From contig OX597825.1 in NCBI GenBank assembly GCA_951406725.2, positions 37,634,001 to 37,698,000 of the forward strand: a stretch of 64,000 nucleotides of DNA, read 5' to 3'. Under the pieces are notes generated by a model. The model was not told the DNA's origin. It searched no databases and worked only from the letters and a program-made list of their open reading frames with translations. Positions 43,166-51,606 of this stretch are shown here, piece after piece; the stretch's first letter is position 1; each line of letters starts with the position of its first letter. The position numbers and the translations under genes were made by a program. The stretch is from Octopus vulgaris (lineage: Eukaryota).

Positions 43166-43769
43166 ATATACATTTGGCATAAATCGAGTGAAATATTCAT
43201 CTCGTGTTAGATGTGAACTCAAAACATATTAACAGGTTGTAGGAAAAAAATTCTGCTTTATATCATAATTAAAATATGCTCTTTATCAAAGTACTGGATA
43301 AACAGATTTGACCTAAGGATATGTAATATGAGTGTATACAAATATAAACTCATGCTGTATATTTATAATAAATGCTTTTCAGTAATCATTCAAGTCTAAT
43401 GGAATTTCAGGCGAGTTAGCAGTCCCTGCATTTCAACTGCGTGCGTCACGGTTCATATGATAAAATGAATTGAGGACAAGTGAAAAACACAAGGAAAAAA
43501 AGATGCAAGTAATTCTATTTTAAAAACTGTTTCGTTTTGGTTATTGAAGAAAAACTTGACTTAAAATTGCTCTTCTCAATATACAGCCTGGATATAAACT
43601 TCAAACAACTTATAGTTGAATGTTCTATAAGGTAGGTCCGTCGTAATTGCATGCTTCCAGAATTCTTATATTTTTAGTAAACACATTCATATTCTTGGAC
43701 TGTCATGTTTTGTTTTCACATTCCTTTACACTTTTTTCCACGAGATATGATATTTATAAAAACTCATGT

Positions 43770-43803
<34 letters not shown>

Positions 43804-43968
43804 CGTAAAGTATACTAGCCATATCAATATGGCTAACCACTGAGGGTGGGTGTTACTGTAGCTTTTAGCCCCAGGAGATCATCGACTCCAGCTGGCTTTA
43901 GGCACACTTTCTGTGCTCTTATGATATTTGCAAAGGGAGGTCATCCCCTGTCGTGAACCTAAGTGATA

Positions 43969-44014
43969 CGCACGGACTGCAGTTTCGACGTAATTTACCT
44001 CTTGTCAACGTACG
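43969..44014 (-). ncRNA. Minimal type-I hammerhead ribozyme, U3-A8 core variant (family 2)
   Basis: CGTACG-TTGACAA-GAGGTAAATTACGTC-GAAAC-TGCA-GTC-CGTGCG: 6-bp stem I, stem II hairpin, palindromic helix III ACTGCAGT, GUC cleavage triplet. Confidence 0.78.
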
Positions 44015-44381
44015 GTAATCACCGGTTTGCGACGAACGGAAGACCTGTTTGCAAATACTTATAGGTTTTTCTAGTGACTTCCGTCACTGATTTCGAAAAA
44101 CCGTCTGCAAGCAATAATAAATCTCTGAACGAGTTTTTCGAAATCAGTGATGGAAGTCACTAGAAAAAACTATAAGTATTTGAAACAGGTCTTCCTTTCG
44201 TCGTAAACCGATGATTACCGTACATTGACAAGAGGTAAATTAAAAATTAAAAGCTACAGTAACACCCATCCTTAGTGGTTAGCCATATTGATATGGCTAG
44301 TATATTTTACGTTGTCGAGCGGTTACTGTTTACATCTCGTTCAGAGATTTATTATTCCTTTCGTCGTAAACCGGTGATTAC

Positions 44382-44427
44382 CCTACGTTGACAAGAGGCA
44401 AATTACCTCGAAACTGCAGTCCGTGCG
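44382..44427 (+). ncRNA. Minimal type-I hammerhead ribozyme, U3-A8 core variant (family 2)
   Basis: CCTACG-TTGACAA-GAGGCAAATTACCTC-GAAAC-TGCA-GTC-CGTGCG. Confidence 0.78.
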
Positions 44428-44638
44428 CATCACTTAGGTTTACAAGAGGGGATGACCTCCCTTTGCAAATATCATAAGGGCACAGAAATTGTGCCTAAAG
44501 CCAGCTGGAGACGATGATCTCCTGGGGCTAAAAGCTACAATAACAGCCACCCTTAGTGGTTAGCCATATTGATATGGCTAGTATACTTTACGTTGTCGAG
44601 CGGTTACTGTTTACATCTTGCTCAGAGATTTATTATTG

Positions 44639-44718
<80 letters not shown>

Positions 44719-44844
44719 ATATATAAAATAGAAAAGAGTGAAGAAAAAACTACAGAAGGCTTGTTTTATAAGATTAAAGAATATATTTAAGTCGTTATGT
44801 TAGAAGAATGTTATAAAATTTTGCATATAGTAACATAGTTTTTG

Positions 44845-44883
44845 GAGAAATTACCGGTTTCCTGTTAACTTTTCAAATTTCTC
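44845..44883 (-). ncRNA. Minimal type-I hammerhead ribozyme, U3-A8 core variant (family 3)
   Basis: GAGAAAT-TTGAAAA-GTTAACAG-GAAAC-CG-GTA-ATTTCTC: perfect 7-bp stem I, palindromic ACCGGT helix III, GUA triplet; stem II closing pair mutated. Confidence 0.68.
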
Positions 44884-45022
44884 AAATGTCTTTATATACA
44901 TCTTTATATACAAGCGATTATCTCCCTTATACCGGAAGAAATCACCTATTACCTCCCCCTGCCTGGAACACTCTCTTTGCACTGCATAACGAAGACATGA
45001 CACGATGTATATAAAGACATTT

Positions 45023-45061
45023 GAGATATTTGAAAAGTTAATACGAAACCGGTATTTTCTC
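45023..45061 (+). ncRNA. Minimal type-I hammerhead ribozyme, U3-A8 core variant (family 3)
   Basis: GAGATAT-TTGAAAA-GT TAAT AC-GAAAC-CG-GTA-TTTTCTC: 2-bp stem II with G10.1-C11.1. Confidence 0.65.
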
Positions 45062-45259
45062 CAAAATCTATGTTATTATATGCAAAATTTTATAACATTC
45101 TTCTAACATAACGACTCAAATATATTCTTTAACCTCATAAAACAAGCCTTCTGTAGTTTTTTCACTCTTTTCTATTTTCTATATATCCAACCACGTGCTT
45201 TCACACACCAACTTTCTCACCTATATATATATATATATATATATGATTGTAGACATATA

Positions 45260-45292
<33 letters not shown>

Positions 45293-45651
45293 ATGTATGT
45301 GTGTAGGTATATATATATAAATATGTGAGTGTGTGCGTGCGCGCGCGATTTGTGAGAGAGAGAAAGAGCGAGAGAGAGAGTCATCGCCACTATTAAATGC
45401 AACAATAACAACATACCGATATAGCTGTTGCTTTTTGTTGAAGCTTACTATCAACGCCGATGTTTATCGTGTTGCAATAAACAATGACATGAAACAGTGG
45501 CAGGCTGAATATAGAGGGGTATCATTACGGTGACACAAAATGTTGAATATCATAAACTGTATTGTCAAATACCTGTGTAATTTGTTATGGTGCAGTGTTA
45601 TCTTCTAGATGAAGATAATATGAAAGTGTTTTATACATCAATATGTTTTAC

Positions 45652-45690
<39 letters not shown>

Positions 45691-45746
45691 TTGATAGATC
45701 GTTAGTTCCTTCACGCATTTTTTCTCTCCTTGTTTTTTTCTGTGTA

Positions 45747-45784
45747 TCTTTCTGTCGAAGAGCGTAGGCTCGAAACGTAAAATA
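45747..45784 (+). ncRNA. Hammerhead-like motif with CUGUCGA core (family 4), in a ~170-bp repeat between (TA)n tracts
   Basis: TCTTT-CTGTCGA-A-GAGC GTAG GCTC-GAAAC-GTA-AAATA. A decayed inverse copy lies at ~50555-50700. Confidence 0.6.
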
Positions 45785-45877
45785 CTTTTTCTATTTCTAT
45801 TCCTGAGCGCTATACTAATACATTTGTTTGTACTCCACCTGCCTTCGTCTTTTGTTTATTTTCGTAAACTTTCTGGT

Positions 45878-45921
<44 letters not shown>

Positions 45922-46025
45922 CACACAGGAAATGTGTCGAAGCCAACAGGAAGCGTCGATGCTTCCTAGGGCTAAACAGCGGTGGTGCAATCCCCTACTG
46001 TCACGTTAAGTTGACAGTATACAAC

Positions 46026-46116
<91 letters not shown>

Positions 46117-46169
46117 CATATATAAATCAATATATTTGTGTTATACTGTTATACATTCTATTTTTATAT

Positions 46170-46370
46170 TCTTACATTTGTTTCAGTTACTTGACTGTGG
46201 CCATACTGTAGCACCAGTGTTAGTCGAACAAATCAACCTCAAGACTTAGTCTTTGTAAACCTGGTACTTATTCTATCGGTTCTTTTGCCGAATCGCTAAC
46301 TTGCGGGGACACAAACATAGCAATATCGGTTGTCAAGCGATGTGGGTGGGGCAAACACAGACACAAGAAC

Positions 46371-46433
<63 letters not shown>

Positions 46434-46511
46434 GTCGGGTTTTTTCAGTTTCCCTCTACCAAATCTACGCACAACGCTTTGGTCTGCCCGAGACTATAGT
46501 AGAAGATACTT
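46170..46511 (-). mobile_element. SINE family A, part 1 (split by a Penelope insertion)
   Basis: The body stops at gtagaagatactt and resumes at 48178. Confidence 0.85.
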
Positions 46512-46558
46512 ATATTATTTACAATTGAAGGATATTTGTTCTCATCTTGTTTGATGTT

Positions 46559-46604
46559 AACACAATATTTCGGCTGATATACCCTCCAGTCTTCATCAGG
46601 TGTC
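46559..46604 (-). ncRNA. Minimal type-I hammerhead ribozyme (PLE family 1), core intact
   Basis: GACAC-CTGATGA-AGACTGG agggtata TCAGCC-GAAA-TATT-GTGTT: stem I GACAC/GTGTT, palindromic AATATT helix III. Confidence 0.8.
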
Positions 46605-46658
46605 TGGGAGAAATTTGGAGCCTGAGTTCTCAATTCCTAATGTTGTTGTTATTATTAC

Positions 46659-46704
<46 letters not shown>

Positions 46705-47256
46705 GAGTGAGAGAACAGTGCATGCCATCAAAGTGACACTGGGGTAAAATATACGAAGCCCAATATACCCATCATGACTACCCGTCTGATAAAGGTACAC
46801 CAGGCACATGCATCACAACCATATGTGCGCGACATGGTGATCTCATATCAAGATAAACAGCACATGACCTTGCAGGTGGGGCCCAGTTAGAATTTTCTTC
46901 AGGTTGAGTAGCACATCCCGCCCAAAGGTCCCTGAATAAGGGTTGTTTAAGGATGTTGAAAGAACCACCCATGTTTCCAGAGGTGAATTATTCAAACCCC
47001 AAAGAATCCCTCTCAACATATGGCTATGATGCTCCGCCACTACTTCTGCTCGTGATCAGAGATGCACATATAGTCAGCCTCTAAGGGACATGCTCAACTG
47101 GATAAGGTCAAACAACTGACAAGCAAATCTGTGGTATTGAGCAGAATATTTGCTGTAGCCCATCTTTTATACCAAGACAAAACAATGTACATGATAACAC
47201 TTCCAATCAGTTAAGATCAGAAGCCATGAGAGCCACTGCCTGGTACTGTATCAGGG

Positions 47257-47260
<4 letters not shown>
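46705..47260 (-). mobile_element. ~555-bp non-coding element inserted in (TAA)n (putative non-autonomous partner of Dong/R4)
   Basis: (TTA)n on both sides, no credible ORF. A second, partly deleted copy at 60003-60277 is also embedded in (TAA)n in the same relative polarity. Confidence 0.8.
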
Positions 47261-47322
<62 letters not shown>

Positions 47323-47323
<1 letters not shown>

Positions 47324-47365
47324 GGGGTTATTAGCCCGTGCTCTTAACCACTACGCCATATGTCC
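47323..47365 (-). promoter_or_regulatory. tRNA-like (Ile-AAT-like) Pol III head inside the Penelope-like element, 5' half
   Basis: catatGGCGTAGTGGTTAAGAGCACGGGCTAATAACCCCA (A box, D arm, anticodon arm). The 3' half with a decayed B box is at 31075-31121(-). Confidence 0.65.
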
Positions 47366-47394
47366 GTGGGCAGTAATGGAGTGAATTTTAGGGT

Positions 47395-47990
47395 CTATAA
47401 ATCTAATATTCTACTATCCTTCCTTCATACCGGTTCCCACATGCTGTTCATATCTGCACTTGGTCTGCTTAGGAGGTTGTTGGGCCCTAGTGTATGTGCT
47501 GCTTCTTTTAGTTTGCGTATTTTCGAGTGGCGTTCTCTGTCTATTATTTTAACTTCACCCCACAGAGGGAGGTGGTCTCTATTTTTTCATACATGATCAG
47601 CTATATCCGATTTATCAATATGTTCCCGTGTCACAGCTTTGTGATGTTCCTCTACCCTTATTTTGAGGGGACGGTATGTTTCGCCTTTGTATAACCTATC
47701 ACAGCTCCATGGGATGGAGTACACGCAGTTCTTAGTCATATTCTCTTCTATTGGTGGTTTTACTCGAAGGAGATATTTGCGAAGTGTTGTATTACTTTTG
47801 AATACCGTCCTGATATCATATGGTCCGCATATCTTTTGTGTCTTTTCGGAGAGGCCTTTCACATTGGGTAGACAGACTGTGGACAGTTTATCGGTTCCAT
47901 CCCCTCTTTTCTTCATAATTGGGGAGGGGTAGTTTTGGGGTAGTTGTTGCATAATAGATTGTTACTGAGCTTGATCATTTCTTCCTGATG
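47395..47990 (-). pseudogene. Penelope-like GIY-YIG endonuclease pseudogene
   Basis: LPNVKGLSEK...IRTVFKSNTTLRKYL...NCVYSIPWSCDRLYKGETYRPLKIRVEEH...IADHV*KNRDHLPLWGEVKIIDRE...RKLKEAAH...WEPV*RK...DL*. Confidence 0.9.
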
Positions 47991-48053
47991 GGTATCACAA
48001 TTGCTACTTATATTCATTGCTCGATGTTTTAGGCAGTTTCGAACTTACCCCAA

Positions 48054-48099
48054 GACACTTGATGAAGGCTTGATGGCATATCAGCCGAAACGTTGTGTT
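48054..48099 (+). ncRNA. Minimal type-I hammerhead ribozyme (PLE family 1), C3U point change
   Basis: GACAC-TTGATGA-AGGCTTGATGGCATATCAGCC-GAAAC-GTT-GTGTT; palindromic AACGTT. Confidence 0.72.
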
Positions 48100-48177
48100 A
48101 AGAACAAACAAGATGAGGACAAATATCCGTCAATTGTAAATAATGTACATAATTCCTCATCTCTTAAGCATAGAACT

Positions 48178-48260
48178 GTAGAAGCTACTTGGCCAATGTG
48201 CCACGGAGAAACACATTGTTTGTAAGCTAGCTACTTACCACACTACCACACCTGTGCTTC
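48178..48260 (-). mobile_element. SINE family A, part 2 (head)
   Basis: cttggccaatgtgccacg...gtaagctagctacttaccacac continues the SINE interrupted at 46511. Confidence 0.8.
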
Positions 48261-48299
48261 TATATCCATAATTATATAGTAGATATTTATTCTTTTCCT

Positions 48300-48675
48300 T
48301 TTTGCTTTTATTCATTTTCCTTCGTTGGATAAAACCCATGCTGGGTGTCACTTGACATATTTATTTGAATAAACAGACCCCAGTGCGTATTACACTATCG
48401 TTCTGACTTGCTGAGCGGCTACGTTACCAATACATAAACACTCCAGAATAGTATGTCAAATGATGCTGAAGTAAACACATAGACAGGCACAAAATCAAAA
48501 TACACATGCATTTATATATTTATAAGTAACAGGATTCTACGTAGTTTTCATCCTACCAAATACACTCAAATGTTAATGGTGAGCGCAGGCATCCTGCAGA
48601 AAATATCCCTAATCCAGAAACCGTGAAGTGAGACTGAACGTGAAACCATGTATGGAAAGTGAAAATTTTAATTGC
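48300..48675 (-). mobile_element. Old, diverged SINE family A copy
   Basis: ccatgctgg...gaccccag...ataaacactcca...ctaccaaatacactca...gactgaac..gaaaccatg are collinear with family A. Confidence 0.6.
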
Positions 48676-49394
48676 GGATCATATCTCTATGTATCTGTAC
48701 AATATACGATGCGTTATGAAATATTCATAGTATGCTGAATTACTAGTATAGTCAATTGAAAACTGCTTTCGCCAGTTGCAATGTATCATTTCGCAGTACA
48801 ATTTAGTGACTCGTAAATTTCTAAATTTTCCTAAACGTTTGTTTTAACGAGTTGTGTTCATATGCCTTGCATCACGAGATATAGCCAAACATCTATATGT
48901 TTCTCTTGTATGGGAAACAAAAGCTTTTCTACAGCGTTTAACCCAAAGCAATTTGAAACGCTGTAGAAAGATTTCAGCAATAAATGAAACAATTAACGGT
49001 GCAAATTCTATTGTCAGAATTTCATTCATATCATTTGCATTAAAATAAGTTGCCGATTTATGAACAATAATTTCGTTCCTTAATAGAATGTCTTCTGAGC
49101 TGTTTGGAGCGGATTGACGTCAAAGAGTAATGAGCTACTAGTTAATATCAGTATGGATATCACAATGAATGGATATCACAATGAACATCGTGTATCAATG
49201 TCCGAATTCTACTATACCACAGGGAACTTCACGTCAGAGATTCTGCCACCACATATTTCATGAGGGCACCATTTATTTCTTCTCAGTACCTGCCATGCGC
49301 TTCTAACAAAGTCTGGCAAGTAGAATAACTCCTTATGTTTAAAGATTCCATATAGCATCCAAGAATAACAAATTGAAAAGTGAGCGTGTGTATT

Positions 49395-49495
<101 letters not shown>

Positions 49496-49877
49496 GCACA
49501 CAGACACACACACACATACATATAAGCATGCATACATAAACGTACATATGTTGGGAAGGTGTTGGTTTATTGAATTTCAGACGATTCTTTTGTTCTCACT
49601 CGTATATTATTTCTTTTATGTTGGCATAGAGGCACGCATATCTATCTATCTGTCTATCTATATCTATCTATCTATCTATATATATATATATTTATGTGTG
49701 TGTGTATGTATGTACTCAGCCATCTAACTGCGCAAGTGCTTTTTCGGACTGTACTTTTCATTGTCACCGGATATTTCCGCTTACCTTTGTCTCACTAATG
49801 TGCAAATTGTCACATACCCGTTTTTTGCCACGTTAACCAGTGCATTTACTGTCTACAACGTTTGGCTTTTGTGGGTG

Positions 49878-49921
<44 letters not shown>

Positions 49922-50740
49922 TATATAATGGTAAGTACATTGTTTTGACTTTTCCTTTCTTTGCTTTTACTCTTGATTTAGCCAAATATATGTATATATA
50001 TATAATAGAAAGAATCTCTCAAGAAGGTCTTAAAAAACAGGCAATTTGAATCGGCTCTTAACTTGTAATACTCTAAAGGAGCCACGCCTCATCTTGGTCA
50101 TGACTTCTGAGTGCCCTTCTACTGTCACTTATAGTCACTTGGATATCAGAGTTTTGTGCATTTAAGCAGCGTAAAGATTTCACATAATCGTAACTCTGCT
50201 TACTTGACTCAGCTTTCAAATTTTTACATAAAGAAGAATTAATGATTGTACGTATGGTAACAGTGAAACTTCAGTGCTAGCATAGTCACTCATTCAGAGC
50301 TACTTCTGAATGAGTTGAAATCTAAAAATATAAAATGAGTTAAAATATAGAACTTTTGCCTTTGAAATGGCATGGATATCGTTTTCGTTCCTCCTCGACC
50401 GTTGTAACACCACTTCTCTGTCTCTGTGATTGCCTTTAGGGCTATAGGGCTTTGCTGCTGTTCTTCCTAGAGACTGAAAGATGTTTCATCAGATCATAAG
50501 TACGTTTAACCATATATATTTGCTCGAGGTCGTATATATATATATATATATATAAAGTTGGAGTTTACAAAAAAACGAAAGACGAAGACAGGTGTATAAA
50601 CAACAAACTCGGGAAGGTGAAAAAGTTTTTAGGTTTCGAGCCTACATTCGTCAGCAGGAAGTAACACGAGAAAATATACAGAGGCAAAATACAAAAAGAA
50701 AGCTTTATTAGCTAGCGGTCACATACTCACACACGCTCGC

Positions 50741-50809
<69 letters not shown>

Positions 50810-50984
50810 TGTGCGCGCGCACACACACATACACACACGCACGCACACATATGAGTGTGTATCTGTGTGTATAATAATTCCAGTAAGCACATTAGAAATG
50901 AAAAAGAAACGGCATCGAATTCGTGATGCATACACTGCGTACGGACAAAGTTTTCGCAGATTATAGTGCGGTTAACAATGCGTT

Positions 50985-51606
50985 GCTTACCTCTGCTTTT
51001 TAATTGAACTGAAATAATTATTTTTTAAGTATCATCATTATAGATATTTCTACATCGGCGAAATTAAATCAACTCGTAAATAAACGAAACCTCCGAATCC
51101 ATCAGTGTACACACACATGCACACACACAAATACACACAATCACACACACATACAGTCATATATATACGTGTCTATGTCATATGAAACAGAAAGTGAACG
51201 AGATAGTATGACCACATTCTTATCGGGAAATTTCCAGTGAAAAAATATAAGTTAAGTAAACTATTACTGGTATTTATACTCCGGTGAAATTAAGAAATCA
51301 AGTCGTAAATTAAGTATCGTCATTATAGGTATTTATACTTTGGTGAAATAAACGAAACATTTGGACTCCATCACTGTGCATACACATACCCACGCACACA
51401 CATACACGCACGCACACACATACACACACAAACATAATCAAACCAACTGTTCATCATTTCGAGTCACTCACCAATGTGTATTTCTGCCAAATGTGGTGAA
51501 AATCCGTTCAGCCGTTTTCCAGTAACTTTGAAAACACACAAACAAACAAACAAACGAAGACGTGTGATTAGAATTCTCTGCTTTCGCTTGCGTGCACAGC
51601 GTAATT
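50985..51606. mobile_element. Non-autonomous DNA-element remnant with internal degenerate tandem repeats
   Basis: A ~55-85-bp unit (taagtatc.tcattatag.tattt.tac..cgg.gaaat) recurs at ~51026, 51255 and 51311. It is followed by ccaaatgtggtgaaaatccgttcagccgtttt...(acaa)n and a terminal imperfect hairpin, a layout reminiscent of Helentron-associated/MITE-like repeats. Confidence 0.4.

Larger units (their letters stand above)
43802..44640. mobile_element. Non-coding fold-back/tandem element (Penelope pLTR or retrozyme-like) inserted in (TA)n
   Basis: 43802-44100 is inverted relative to 44134-44312 (internally deleted copy) and 44356-44594 (second tandem copy). (TA)n flanks both sides. Contains hammerhead motifs. 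Confidence 0.85.
44725..45178. mobile_element. Fold-back element: ~178-bp inverted arms, ~100-bp spacer, inserted in (TA)n
   Basis: 44725-44902 is the near-perfect reverse complement of 45004-45178. Confidence 0.9.
46512..48177 (-). mobile_element. 5'-truncated Penelope-like element (Penelope/Poseidon-type GIY-YIG) with inverted terminal pLTR and 13-bp TSD
   Basis: Inverted arms 46512-46620 / 48035-48145. TSD GTAGAAGATACTT (46499-46511) / GTAGAAGCTACTT (48178-48190). GIY-YIG pseudogene inside. Confidence 0.9.

Noticed and set aside
44451-44490. Possible SECIS (ATGA...AAA...GA) in the fold-back element
   Set aside because: Helix II pairing next to the putative quartet is poor in both copies, and no selenoprotein ORF is adjacent.
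47323-47365. Functional tRNA gene (also the SINE heads at 42951, 54540 and 21230)
   Set aside because: Incomplete or non-cloverleaf and embedded in repeats; tRNA-derived only.
50380-50500. Minus-strand CTGATGA followed by a long hairpin
   Set aside because: No GAAA immediately after the hairpin and no convincing stem I, so it cannot be called a hammerhead.
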